From an uncultured Verrucomicrobiae bacterium (GTDB taxonomy: Bacteria; Chlamydiota; Chlamydiia; Chlamydiales; Rhabdochlamydiaceae): a stretch of 64,000 bases of DNA. The DNA is taken from NCBI GenBank assembly GCA_963813135.1, contig CAWEXY010000011.1:182374-246373 (forward strand), given 5' to 3'. The notes beneath the pieces are model-generated. The model did not search any database. It had not been told where the DNA came from and saw only the letters and a program-made list of their open reading frames with translations. This document shows, piece by piece, positions 9,780 through 19,089 of this stretch. Each line of letters opens with the position of its first letter. Position 1 is the first letter of the stretch. The translations under genes and the position numbers were made by a program.

Positions 9780-10349
9780 TTAGAAACCAAATCCGTATGA
9801 GAAGGTGATTAGGGGAAGCAAAAGCCATCGCTGGTGGCATAAATGTCCTCCCGTGAAATAATGGGGATTACTTGCAGCGTAGGTAGGAAAGCTTGTTTGG
9901 AATTGCCAAAATCTTGTCCCTCCTGAACTCGTTTTGAACTGTTTCCCAAAGATAAATTCCGGCGAAAGGCATACACTCTGACCACTCAGCGTCCCTCCAC
10001 TATTTCTCCAAGCACCTTTAAAAACTTCTATTTTGATCCAGCTAACTCCAAGGCCGATGCCCCAATAATACTCCCCCTCGAGATTGGGGTTGAAGTAATG
10101 CAAAAATGAGGCTGACGCCTTCGCTTGCGTGATAAGCTCTCCTAGACTCGCTACACGAAAAGAGAGGTCCAATCCATCATGATCCCATTGTTTTCTATAA
10201 CCAAGCCCCAAAGCTGGAATGGGAATGATGGGAACCTCAAACCCCACATCGACATATCCAAACGAATTCTCGATTGATTGTTGCGGCGCTGGTTCTTCAG
10301 CGCTCATTTGCGAACTGACTAGTAGTAAACAAAAAATAATTTTTTTCAT
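9780..10349 (-). CDS. small secreted beta-barrel-like outer membrane protein
   Basis: It has a signal peptide (MKKIIFCLLLVSSQMSAEE), alternating aromatic and glycine-rich strands, and a C-terminal ...FSYGFGF ending in Phe. Confidence 0.5.
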   Translation of the reverse strand: MKKIIFCLLLVSSQMSAEEPAPQQSIENSFGYVDVGFEVPIIPIPALGLGYRKQWDHDGLDLSFRVASLGELITQAKASASFLHYFNPNLEGEYYWGIGLGVSWIKIEVFKGAWRNSGGTLSGQSVCLSPEFIFGKQFKTSSGGTRFWQFQTSFPTYAASNPHYFTGGHLCHQRWLLLPLITFSYGFGF

Positions 10350-10473
10350 GTTTTCCCCTTTAGGCGTAACAATGGTCATTTTTTTCTTTTGTAATCCTTT
10401 TCGCGGTGAAAAACCAGAACTTTCTTATCGGCGTCCTCGCTAGAGCCCCTGTGTTCATTTTCCCTATTTTTAT

Positions 10474-11352
10474 TCATTCTGGACCTCGATCTCCCCACGA
10501 TAACTTGCGGCTGCGCTTGTAAATGTCTTTTTCTTTTTGCGCCACGGTTTTTTGTACGATTTTACCCTCAGTGCAGAGCGTCAGCTGCACATGCCCTTTG
10601 CCGATTTTAGGCGGTGCGACCAGCCGGGCACCTGTGGGAGGTCTTTTCTCCTTGCAGACGATCAGGTAGGAAAATTTCTCATCCTCAAATCCGAGTGTGC
10701 CGCTCTTGAGCTGCCGATGCAGCTTCGTGCGCTCCACGCGCGCTGGGAAATGGCACCAATCGCTGCCTTGCATCGGACAGGGAAGCTCATGCGGGCAGGG
10801 CGCCACGATGGAAGCGCCTTGCGACAACAGCCATGTTCGCATGTGGATGATGCGGGCATATCCCGCCGGCGTTCCCGGTTCGATGAGCACGAGTATTTTC
10901 TTGGTTGCATTCCATGCGTCTTCTACGACTTTATTGGCCTGGGGCATTTCTCCCAGGCTATAAGAGAGGAGGACGAGATCGTGAGGCTCGAGCGGGCAGG
11001 GAAGCCGCGCCTCTTTCCACACAACAGGATCTTGGACCTGTTCTTTCCCCAGTGCGATGAAGCGCGGATCGGCTTCGATCATGGTTCCTGTCTTGAGATG
11101 GGGGAACATCGACCGCGCCGCGATCCATCCTGTTCCAGGTCCAGCTCCTAGATCGAGCATCGACTCGATAGGAAAAGCGCGGGCCTCTTGGAGCGCTCGA
11201 GTGATAGCCGCCAGCGTTGCCGGGAAACGCACAGCCAGATAGGCGTAGTAGTGCCGATCCTCAGTCAGGTAAGGTTTTTTTCCGCTGCGGTAACGCTCGG
11301 ACAGTTCTTCTGCCGCCTGGCGAAGTTGAGGCAAGGGGATTTTTTCTAACAT
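10474..11352 (-). CDS. Rsm22-family SAM-dependent methyltransferase
   Basis: It has the SAM motif MLDLGAGPGTG and the C-terminal Cys cluster APCPHELPCPMQGSDWCHFPARVERT, which is typical of bacterial Rsm22-like proteins. Confidence 0.7.
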   Translation of the reverse strand: MLEKIPLPQLRQAAEELSERYRSGKKPYLTEDRHYYAYLAVRFPATLAAITRALQEARAFPIESMLDLGAGPGTGWIAARSMFPHLKTGTMIEADPRFIALGKEQVQDPVVWKEARLPCPLEPHDLVLLSYSLGEMPQANKVVEDAWNATKKILVLIEPGTPAGYARIIHMRTWLLSQGASIVAPCPHELPCPMQGSDWCHFPARVERTKLHRQLKSGTLGFEDEKFSYLIVCKEKRPPTGARLVAPPKIGKGHVQLTLCTEGKIVQKTVAQKEKDIYKRSRKLSWGDRGPE

Positions 11353-11376
11353 GGCCGGTATTTTAGCCTACAGAGA

Positions 11377-12981
11377 CTAATCTTCAAACGCCTTCATTAA
11401 GCTGGTCTTTGATTTCTTCAAAAAGAAGAGGGGAATGCAGCTAAGGAACGTGATAAAGCCTGCGATGAGGAGATTGTCGGCAATCGCTTGGATAAAAACA
11501 TGATTCTCGATGCTCTGAATGATGATCTGCTGCGCTTGCATGGCAGCCGTAAGAGCGGAGCTGCCCGAATCCGTAAACGCCGATCCTTGCAGGCGAAGAA
11601 CAACCTCCTCAAAGGCCGGCGAAGTCGGGTCGACGCTGAGACCATACATCGCGCTATGATAGGTTGCGCGAAGGGTGAAGATCGTTTCGAACACAGCCAC
11701 GCCCATGGCGGCTCCGATCTGACGCTGCACGGTGAAAAGCCCCGTCGCTTGGGACATTTTTTCTTCGGGGATAGTGCTGAGCGTGATCGCCACGAGAGGC
11801 GCGAACATCAGCGCCATCGCGACACCCCGCCAGGCAAACAGCCACAAAATCTCAGACTTGCTCGTGTAGAGAGTAAAATCGGCATTGAAGTAGTAGGTAA
11901 TCCCCAGCCCGACAATTCCAATGATCACAAGAAGACGCGCAGGGACCCATCTAATGAGAAGACCCGAGACGGCGCCAAAGACACCCTGGGCAAGGCCCAG
12001 CGGTAAAAGCGCGAGACCTGTACTGATCTTGGAGTAGCCGAGGCCATTTTGGAGGTAAAGCGGTAAAAGAAAGCTGGAGCCGAAGAGAGTAAAAGAAAAG
12101 ATAAAGAGCACGAGATTTCCCAGGAAAAAATTCCGGTCGCGAAAAACATGGATATTCACGACAGGATGGGAGGTGTGAAGCTCGGTCCATACGAAAGCAA
12201 AGGCCCCAAAGATGGAGACGAAAAAGTAAGCGATCGTATACTTCGATGTCCAGCCCTCCGCATTCCAAGGAGCATTCCCGCTCGAGATGGCCACGATGAG
12301 AAAGACGAGAAAGACCGTGAGCCACAAAAATCCCCAAAAATCGAACTTTTCAAACTTTTTACCTTTCGTGGTTTTCAAAATCACCCAAGCAGCGGCCATC
12401 GTGAAAATACCAATGGGAACGTTGATGAAAAAGATCCAACTCCAATCCATTTTCTGTATGAGATATCCCCCCACTGTCGGCCCTAGAGATATCGCTGCTG
12501 CGATGGAAATAGAATAAAAACCCAGCGGGACAATCCGTTTTTCAGGAGGAAATTCCGTCGTGAATAAAATCATGCCCACGGGAGTTAAAATACCCCCGCC
12601 AATCCCTTGGATCACGCGGAAAGCGATCAAAAAATGGAGATCCTTCGCGATGCCGCACAAATACGAGCTACCGATGAAAATGAGGAGGCCCAGCATATAG
12701 GCGCGCCTAGCGCCGACATGATCTGAAATCCAACCCGAGACAGCCAGTAAAATGGAAAGGGCCACCAGATAAGCCGTGGACACCCAGACAACCTCGCTGA
12801 TCGTTACTCCATAGGACGCCATGATGCTGGGGATGGCTACGTTGACGATCGTTCCATCGAGAATGACCATGAATGTCCCCATCATCACCGTGACGAGAAC
12901 AAGCCACTTATAGACGTGATGATCAGGCCTTAGAGAATCAAAGATCTCCATGGCTCGGAGACGAAGAATACTCTCCCGCAC
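11377..12981 (-). CDS. MFS drug:H+ antiporter, DHA2 (EmrB/QacA-like, 14 TMS)
   Basis: 534-aa polytopic ORF. The N-terminal MVILDGTIVNVAIPSI is a DHA2 signature. It is paired with an upstream HlyD-family gene. Confidence 0.85.
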   Translation of the reverse strand: MRESILRLRAMEIFDSLRPDHHVYKWLVLVTVMMGTFMVILDGTIVNVAIPSIMASYGVTISEVVWVSTAYLVALSILLAVSGWISDHVGARRAYMLGLLIFIGSSYLCGIAKDLHFLIAFRVIQGIGGGILTPVGMILFTTEFPPEKRIVPLGFYSISIAAAISLGPTVGGYLIQKMDWSWIFFINVPIGIFTMAAAWVILKTTKGKKFEKFDFWGFLWLTVFLVFLIVAISSGNAPWNAEGWTSKYTIAYFFVSIFGAFAFVWTELHTSHPVVNIHVFRDRNFFLGNLVLFIFSFTLFGSSFLLPLYLQNGLGYSKISTGLALLPLGLAQGVFGAVSGLLIRWVPARLLVIIGIVGLGITYYFNADFTLYTSKSEILWLFAWRGVAMALMFAPLVAITLSTIPEEKMSQATGLFTVQRQIGAAMGVAVFETIFTLRATYHSAMYGLSVDPTSPAFEEVVLRLQGSAFTDSGSSALTAAMQAQQIIIQSIENHVFIQAIADNLLIAGFITFLSCIPLFFLKKSKTSLMKAFED

Positions 12982-12984
12982 GAT

Positions 12985-13911
12985 CTACCTCGTTTTGATC
13001 TTGATTTGAACGGACATTCCTGGGCGCAAGTAAACACGATCGCTGTCTTTGGGGGCCTTGAAAGAGATCCGTAAGGGGATGCGCTGGGTCACCTTTGTAA
13101 AATTCCCCGACGCATTATTAGGAGGAATGAGTGAAAACTGCGAAGCGGCCCCCGCTCCTATCATCTCAACTTTTCCTTCCAGCCAGAGATCGGGATAAGC
13201 ATCGACCTTGATGATCACTGGATTCTCAAAGCGCAGCGATCGAATTTTTGTCTCTTCCAGATTCGCGCTGACCCAGACTTGAGACAAATCGAAGAGGGAA
13301 AAAACGGTTTGCCCTTGCTGGACAACATCACCCGCAAAGTGCCACCTTTTAGCGATGACCCCATCGGATGCTGCCCTCACCTGCATCTGATCTAACTGCG
13401 TCTGAATCTGCTCCAACTGAGCTTGCTGCAAGACCACTAATGACGCGAGCGACTGGAGCTCTGCGCGTGTTATTTCCCAAGCCTTCTGCACATGGTCCAT
13501 CGCTTCGGGAGAAATAACCCCCGCCTCAAACTCTTGGGCCGTGCGCTGCAGGTCCGACTGCGCCAGCTCCACCCGGAGATTTTGAAGGACTAGCTGGTCC
13601 TGAGCATTGCGGAGCGAGGCCTCTGCTTTCTTTTTTTCATCTTTAAGGAGCGTGTCGTCGACCCGGAAGAGCAGATCTCCTTTCTTGACCTGATCTCCCT
13701 CATCCACGAAAAGTTCGGTGATTTTTCCCCCATGCAGCGAACTGACAGAAATTTCCACGCCATCGATGTTCGCATCTTCGGTCGACACATAGGGAAAAAC
13801 ATAGAAACGCCACCACCAAAGACCAATAAAAAAGATGATGATCAATGCGATGATGAAGCCGTAGATATTTTTCTTTTCCCGAAAAACAGAAGGAGTGGCG
13901 CCTATACCCAT
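12985..13911 (-). CDS. HlyD/EmrA-family membrane fusion protein
   Basis: It has an N-terminal TM, a lipoyl-like block (GKITELFVDEGDQVKKGDLLFRVD), a coiled coil and a beta-barrel tail. Its stop lies 3 nt before the MFS start. Confidence 0.85.
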   Translation of the reverse strand: MGIGATPSVFREKKNIYGFIIALIIIFFIGLWWWRFYVFPYVSTEDANIDGVEISVSSLHGGKITELFVDEGDQVKKGDLLFRVDDTLLKDEKKKAEASLRNAQDQLVLQNLRVELAQSDLQRTAQEFEAGVISPEAMDHVQKAWEITRAELQSLASLVVLQQAQLEQIQTQLDQMQVRAASDGVIAKRWHFAGDVVQQGQTVFSLFDLSQVWVSANLEETKIRSLRFENPVIIKVDAYPDLWLEGKVEMIGAGAASQFSLIPPNNASGNFTKVTQRIPLRISFKAPKDSDRVYLRPGMSVQIKIKTR

Positions 13912-13939
13912 AATAGCGCACCATATTCAAAAATATTTT

Positions 13940-14602
13940 TTACATCAACGACCAATTTATGGGAGTCTTGCCCCACTGCTGCAAAAGAGCATTGGCCTTC
14001 GAGAAGTGGCGGCAGCCGAAGAACCCTTCCGCTGAATAAGGGGAGGGGTGGGCGGCCTGAAGGACCACATGGTGGGTTCCGATCAGCCTCTGACCCTTTT
14101 CTTGCGCCGACTTGCCCCATAATAGAAAGACGATCGGATCTTTCCTCTGCGCAAGGACATCGATCACAGCATCGGTGAACCGCTCCCACCCCTTATCATG
14201 GTGGGACTTGGGTTCGCCCGCCCGTACGGTGAGCGTGGCGTTGAGGAGGAGGACCCCCTGATCGGCCCATTTCTCTAAACATCCATGCGAGGGGATAGGG
14301 ACGCCCAGATCTCGATTCAGCTCGAGGAAAATATTTTTAAGCGAAGGGGGAGGTTTAACCCCCTGGGGAACGCTGAAAGACAACCCATGGGCCTGCCCCG
14401 CCCCATGATAGGGATCTTGTCCCACGATGACGACCTTGACCTTATCATAGGGGGTGTGCGCAAAGGCATTGAAAACTAAATTCTCTGGCGGGTAGACAGC
14501 GCCCGTCTCTTGAGATAGAAATTTCTTGAGGTCGCCGATATAAGGCTTGGCAACCTCATCTTTTAATTTTTCATACCAACTTTTTTCAATTTTCATGCCC
14601 AT
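13940..14602 (-). CDS. ung: uracil-DNA glycosylase
   Basis: It has VKVVIVGQDPYHGAGQAHGLSFSV, GVLLLNATLTV and AAHPSPYSA, which are family-1 UDG motifs. Confidence 0.9.
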   Translation of the reverse strand: MGMKIEKSWYEKLKDEVAKPYIGDLKKFLSQETGAVYPPENLVFNAFAHTPYDKVKVVIVGQDPYHGAGQAHGLSFSVPQGVKPPPSLKNIFLELNRDLGVPIPSHGCLEKWADQGVLLLNATLTVRAGEPKSHHDKGWERFTDAVIDVLAQRKDPIVFLLWGKSAQEKGQRLIGTHHVVLQAAHPSPYSAEGFFGCRHFSKANALLQQWGKTPINWSLM

Positions 14603-14638
14603 TGACTTTTAGGGGGAATCCCCCTACCATAACTCCCT

Positions 14639-14893
14639 ATGAAAGACTTAGCTGAGAACAATTTAATCCGTTTCAAGAATATTTCTAAGAAAAAAGAGAC
14701 GATGTACGCGAATTTCAAGGTGAAAGGGGTTCGTGCGGGGGTGAACTTTACAGCCTCTATTTCGGTCGACATTTCGGCTGCCGAGGTCCATCCTGGCGAC
14801 GTTCTGGAGAAGATCATCGAAGAATGCGCCCGCATCGGCGTCAAAGAGTTCGCCAAGGCTGAGTTTCAATTTGAAGGTCTCAGTTCGATCTAG
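14639..14893 (+). CDS. small hypothetical protein
   Basis: The only evidence is the ORF itself (84 aa, with an internal ATG giving 63 aa). No motif was recognised. Confidence 0.3.
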   Translation: MKDLAENNLIRFKNISKKKETMYANFKVKGVRAGVNFTASISVDISAAEVHPGDVLEKIIEECARIGVKEFAKAEFQFEGLSSI

Positions 14894-14900
14894 ATTTTTC

Positions 14901-14975
14901 CTGGGTGTAGCGCAGACTGGCTAGCGCACTTGCATGGGGTGCAAGGGGTCGTAGGTTCAAATCCTATCACCCAGA
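14901..14975 (+). tRNA. tRNA-Pro (anticodon GGG)
   Basis: Hand-folded cloverleaf:
- acceptor CTGGGTG/CACCCAG
- D stem GCGC/GCGC
- anticodon stem CTTGC/GCAAG with loop AT-GGG-GT
- 5-nt variable loop
- T arm GTAGG-TTCAAAT-CCTAT
- discriminator A

CCA is not encoded. Confidence 0.85.
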
Positions 14976-14979
14976 TTTT

Positions 14980-15867
14980 TTATGAAGGATCTTTTGTTTC
15001 ATTATGCACAATGCCTGCCGCATCCTTAGGGTCAAGCATTAGAACTGGCTTGGATGTCTTAAGTCGTTTTTCTACTTTTTTTATGTGTTCAGCAGGAGGG
15101 ATGTTTTCGGGTGGGGTACCACCAATCTTGGCAATAGCCGCTCTTACTTCTTTTCCAACTGCTTCATGAGCTTCAATGGCATCTCTCTGATTTTTGATGT
15201 TTTCACGTTTGAGCTTTTCTCTTGTTTGAGTCATTCGAAACTGGTTGGCCGCGAGCTCAGTTCTATCCATGCGATCCATTAGCTGTTCTTTAGGGTCAAT
15301 CCCTTTGCGCGCTTTGATAGCATCGGATCCAAGGCCTCCATATAGGCCTTTGTAGCCTGCGTCATGGAATATACCGAACATTTTATTTTGGACACCTGCA
15401 TCTCGAGCGGCTCCTGAGAGGGCTTTAAAATCTTGAGAGGTTTGTTTGCGCAACTCTAGACGTTCTAAATCTGCAAGAGCGGCATCGGATAGTTCTTGTC
15501 GTCTAGTTTGGATGGCGAAATATTTCTGAGCATGGGCTATTTCCGTTTTTCTGGGGTCTCCGTTCTGGGCAATGAGATAGCAAGCGAAGCGCGAAAGATG
15601 ATAATCCTCAACAACTTGCGATGATCCCTTGCCCCCAAGGATCGGTTTGCCGGCGCCGGCAAAGTGATGGCTTGGATCGTTACCAGATTGCTTACAAGAT
15701 TCTATGGCTTTTTGAATGGCATTTTCAAATCGTCTCCACTGAGAATATCCCAGTGAAGGCTGAAGGTCTCTGGCGCTCCAGTATTCGATTCCGTGTTGGT
15801 TGACTTTTTTCAGATCTTCAAACGTAAGCTTGGGGAGAAGCGGGCTATAATCATCGTCTTTTTCCAT
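14980..15867 (-). CDS. dinD: DNA-damage-inducible protein D
   Basis: WSARDLQPSLGYSQW, LSRFACYLIAQNGDPRK, YFAIQTRRQE, GYKGLYGGL and TELAANQFRMTQT are collinear with E. coli DinD as I recall it. Confidence 0.8.
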   Translation of the reverse strand: MEKDDDYSPLLPKLTFEDLKKVNQHGIEYWSARDLQPSLGYSQWRRFENAIQKAIESCKQSGNDPSHHFAGAGKPILGGKGSSQVVEDYHLSRFACYLIAQNGDPRKTEIAHAQKYFAIQTRRQELSDAALADLERLELRKQTSQDFKALSGAARDAGVQNKMFGIFHDAGYKGLYGGLGSDAIKARKGIDPKEQLMDRMDRTELAANQFRMTQTREKLKRENIKNQRDAIEAHEAVGKEVRAAIAKIGGTPPENIPPAEHIKKVEKRLKTSKPVLMLDPKDAAGIVHNETKDPS

Positions 15868-16819
15868 ACGAACCCCAAAATTGGTAAAATTTAACAGAGT
15901 GTATTAAGAAAAAAGATTTTAAACAACCCTCTGAAAATTTAGACACCGTCATTTTTATGCGCGGATTATTTAGGACGAAATCAATTCTTGGGGAGATGGG
16001 AATCATGCCTTCCTTAAGCGGAAGGAAAAGGGTCTGCACCAATGGCTGTGACGGATCAACCGCATATTGAGAAAAATCGGTTATTCCCGCCTCTCGCAAC
16101 AAAGTTTCATCGATAAAAAATTGGCCGGTTGCTTCTCGAAATGTTCGCCGCACTAGTTCATAGGCCGCATCCGCCATAATAGAAGGCCAGCGGCTCCCTG
16201 CGTAGACTTGAGGAGAGAGATAATCCTTGAGCCTTGGCGTGGCGATATTCGTTTGAGGCCAAAGCGAATTGACCGCGATCCCAACATCCAAAAACTCTGC
16301 AGCCATCCCTCGTGTACATAAACTCATCCCATATTTGCCGATGGAAAATGACAGATGGTCCCTTAGCCACTGTACTTCAAGATTAAGAGGAGGAGCGATA
16401 TTAATGATGTGAGAATTAGCAGCCTCTTTTAGGTGTGGAAAGCAGAGTTTAGAAAGAAAAAAAGCAGCCCGCACACTCGTTGACATGATTAAATCGAACT
16501 GCTGGGTCGATGTGTGGAAAGTGTCGTTGAAACAGGGCGCGCTAGTATTATTCACCAAGATATCGATACCGCCAAAGCGGTCGACGGCCGCGCCAACGAG
16601 GTGCTTTAATTCATCTATATTGCCAACATCGATGTCGCGAAATAACACACTTCCGCCAGCGGACTCAATTTCTTCCACGGTTTCTTGCATTTGAGCAGCA
16701 GCGTCTTTGGATGCAATGACGATATTCGATCCATCGACCGCAAAGCGAAGAGCAATAGCCCGTCCAATTCCCTGGCCGGCCCCCGTGATTAAAATGGTCT
16801 TTTTATTCATTTCAGCCAT
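15851..16819 (-). CDS. SDR-family oxidoreductase, HSDL2-like
   Basis: KTILITGAGQGIGRAIALRFAVDGSNIVIASK is the TGxxxGxG motif. GGIDILVNNTS and SIGKYGMS (YxxxK) are also present. The start is ambiguous (16819 or 16810). The C-terminal ~50 aa look like read-through. Confidence 0.8.
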   Translation of the reverse strand: MAEMNKKTILITGAGQGIGRAIALRFAVDGSNIVIASKDAAAQMQETVEEIESAGGSVLFRDIDVGNIDELKHLVGAAVDRFGGIDILVNNTSAPCFNDTFHTSTQQFDLIMSTSVRAAFFLSKLCFPHLKEAANSHIINIAPPLNLEVQWLRDHLSFSIGKYGMSLCTRGMAAEFLDVGIAVNSLWPQTNIATPRLKDYLSPQVYAGSRWPSIMADAAYELVRRTFREATGQFFIDETLLREAGITDFSQYAVDPSQPLVQTLFLPLKEGMIPISPRIDFVLNNPRIKMTVSKFSEGCLKSFFLIHSVKFYQFWGSYGKRR

Positions 16820-16823
16820 ACAT

Positions 16824-17423
16824 TTAAAGAACAACCCCCAACACAAAAATTTTGTCGGGGTTGTTGTTTTGCGCTGTGAGCAAAAGAGGTAAAACAGAGA
16901 AAAAGAGGCTCGTCTTCGCCTTCACGCCCAGCCCCAAACCCCCTACCGCCGCCAAAGCCACCAAGAAACATAAGCCCTTATCAAGGGATGTATCATCGAC
17001 CGCGAAGAGCTCGTTCCCCTTTTTCATCAAAACAAGACAGACCACTTGAATCACCACAGCACAAACAGCTAAAGCGCCAGCTGTCAGGCCCGCCATTAGA
17101 TTTCCCTTGGATAAAACCACCGTTACCGTAAAAGAATAAACAAAGCTGCTGACGGCGGCGTGTGCGGCATCGTGCGGAATGTGAGAGCTCAGCCAGCATT
17201 GCGCCGAGGAATACTGTGCGCTGCAGAAGTTTAATATGGACGTCATGTGAGATGATTGTAAGTCAAAGAAAACCTGTTGTCGATATGCAAACTTGAGGTT
17301 GTTTGTGCATAACGTTGTTGATGGGCTGTTCGGAGCGGAGTTGTCAACATTTTCAACAACAAAAACATCGGTTATCAACAACGCAAAAGCTCTAGAGAAA
17401 ATGGGGGTTATCAACAAGTCCAC
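16824..17423 (-). CDS. hypothetical membrane protein with paired hydrophobic segments (Inc-like topology)
   Basis: AAVSSFVYSFTVTVVL-SKGN-LMAGLTAGALAVCAVVIQVVCLVLM forms two hydrophobic lobes split by a 4-aa loop. A second pair follows (GLCFLVALAAVGGLGLGV-KAKT-SLFFSVLPLLL). The start may be the internal ATG at 17246. Confidence 0.4.
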   Translation of the reverse strand: MDLLITPIFSRAFALLITDVFVVENVDNSAPNSPSTTLCTNNLKFAYRQQVFFDLQSSHMTSILNFCSAQYSSAQCWLSSHIPHDAAHAAVSSFVYSFTVTVVLSKGNLMAGLTAGALAVCAVVIQVVCLVLMKKGNELFAVDDTSLDKGLCFLVALAAVGGLGLGVKAKTSLFFSVLPLLLTAQNNNPDKIFVLGVVL

Positions 17424-17547
17424 ACCCTCTGAAGAAGAATAAAAATTAGAAGATTAAAATAGGACTGCTGCCTAGAATGGGCTTGGGTAGCTATGAAAGA
17501 TTTTTTCTCCCACTCTATTCTTTTCTCTAGAAGAGTTTATCCATAAC

Positions 17548-18150
17548 GTGTTATTCGAAAAAGTCGATTTTGTCTGGGAAGCGTTGATCCGCCTCCTTCC
17601 TTATCTAGAGAAACAAAAACTGGGAAAAATCGAGAGCGCTATTGTTGAGGGTGTTCACTTGCAAGAGCGCGAAAAAATTACAATCGGGCCCGGATGTATC
17701 ATTGAACCGGGCGCGTTTATTCAAGGTCCTTGCATCATTGGACCCAAAACAACCATCCGTCATGGGGCGTATATTCGTGGCGGCGTGATCACGGGCTCGG
17801 GCTGTGTTATTGGGCACGCCACCGAGATCAAGCATGCGATTTTGCTAAATGACGCCAAGGCCGCGCACTTCAATTATGTGGGCGATTCGATCCTGGGGCG
17901 CGATGTGAACCTGGGCGCCGGAGCGAAGCTTGCGAATTTCCGCGCGGACCATCATGAGATCGTTATCCACAAAAAATTTCCCACAGGGCTGAAAAAACTC
18001 GGCGCCATCTTGGGCGACGGCGTTCAGCTGGGTTGTAACGCCGTCACCAATCCCGGCACCCTGATCGGCCCTCAGTCTTTTTGTCTTCCCTGCCTTAGCA
18101 TTGGCGGGATTTTCCCCAAACAGAGTCAAATTCGGGAGTCTACATGGTAA
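17548..18150 (+). CDS. left-handed beta-helix (hexapeptide-repeat) transferase-like protein
   Basis: Successive [LIV]-G-x-x-x-x hexapeptide turns are visible (IGPGCIIEPGAFIQGPCIIGPKTTIRHGAYIRGGVITGSGCVIGHATEI...). It has a GTG start. Confidence 0.6.
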   Translation: MLFEKVDFVWEALIRLLPYLEKQKLGKIESAIVEGVHLQEREKITIGPGCIIEPGAFIQGPCIIGPKTTIRHGAYIRGGVITGSGCVIGHATEIKHAILLNDAKAAHFNYVGDSILGRDVNLGAGAKLANFRADHHEIVIHKKFPTGLKKLGAILGDGVQLGCNAVTNPGTLIGPQSFCLPCLSIGGIFPKQSQIRESTW

Positions 18151-19034
18151 TGACACTAGAGAGCCCTAAAAGCTCGCACTTTTACTTTCTGCTCGACAAA
18201 ATCGAACAAGAGATCGCCAAAAGCATTTTGAATTTGGGAGAAAAAACAAAGCTGCGCGACGCTTGCGAATATGCGCTGAAAGGAAGCGGCAAGCGGTTCC
18301 GTCCGCTGCTCGTCATGCTTACAGCGGAAGGTATTGGACAAGGTTATAATGTGTCGGAGGCTGCGATGGCTGTCGAATTTTTCCACACAGCCTCTCTCAT
18401 CGCGGACGATCTTCCTTTAATGGACAACGAAGAAGAGAGAAGAGGCCTTCCTTGCGTGCACAAGGTCTACGGCGAATCGATTGCGCTGCTGGCCACCTAT
18501 GCTCTTATTTGCGCAGCCTTTGAAAAGATTACCCAAAGCGGCGAAATGATGCGCAGCGCCGGCTATAATTCGGCCGATTATGCCACAACCCTGGCCATGC
18601 AGCACACCAGCCGCTGCGCGGGCATTTGCGGGGCTACAGGAGGCCAATATCTCGATCTATTCCCTCCCCAGCTGTCGCTCGATAACATCAAACAGATTAT
18701 CTACAAAAAAACCGTTACCCTTTTTGAGGTGTCGTTTGTTTTGGGTTGGATTTTTGGGGGCGGGGACTTAAATCGTCTGGACATCGTCAAACGCGCGGCC
18801 CTTCATTTTGGCATGGCCTATCAGATCATGGACGATTTAAATGATCTCGAGCAGGACGAGAAAAGTCAAAAACCGATCAATTTTGCGCGCTATGTAGGCA
18901 AAGAAAGATCGCTCTTTCTCTTTGAAGATGAGCTTCGTATGTTTCAAAAGAGCCTGCAGCAGCTGGATCTTTTTACACCTTCATTTCAGAAGATGTCCGA
19001 TATGCTCAACAAGCAGGTCGTGGATAGGTATTGA
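18144..19034 (+). CDS. ispA: polyprenyl (farnesyl/geranylgeranyl) diphosphate synthase
   Basis: The first Asp-rich motif is FHTASLIADDLPLMDNEEERRG. The second is YQIMDDLNDL. Confidence 0.8.
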   Translation: MVMTLESPKSSHFYFLLDKIEQEIAKSILNLGEKTKLRDACEYALKGSGKRFRPLLVMLTAEGIGQGYNVSEAAMAVEFFHTASLIADDLPLMDNEEERRGLPCVHKVYGESIALLATYALICAAFEKITQSGEMMRSAGYNSADYATTLAMQHTSRCAGICGATGGQYLDLFPPQLSLDNIKQIIYKKTVTLFEVSFVLGWIFGGGDLNRLDIVKRAALHFGMAYQIMDDLNDLEQDEKSQKPINFARYVGKERSLFLFEDELRMFQKSLQQLDLFTPSFQKMSDMLNKQVVDRY

Positions 19035-19040
19035 GAGAGA

Positions 19041-19076
19041 TTTTAACGCAAAGGATTCTGCGCCTTTGCGTTAAAA
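19041..19076. terminator. 14-bp-stem hairpin between convergent ispA and recA
   Basis: TTTTAACGCAAAGG (19041-19054) pairs perfectly with CCTTTGCGTTAAAA (19063-19076) around an 8-nt loop. The T/A runs are part of the stem ends, so it could act in both directions. Confidence 0.5.
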
Positions 19077-19089
19077 ATCTTCGTTCTTC

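Noticed and set aside
10537-11151. 204-aa plus-strand ORF
   Set aside because: It is antisense to the Rsm22-like methyltransferase gene, which has clear motifs. It is a shadow ORF.
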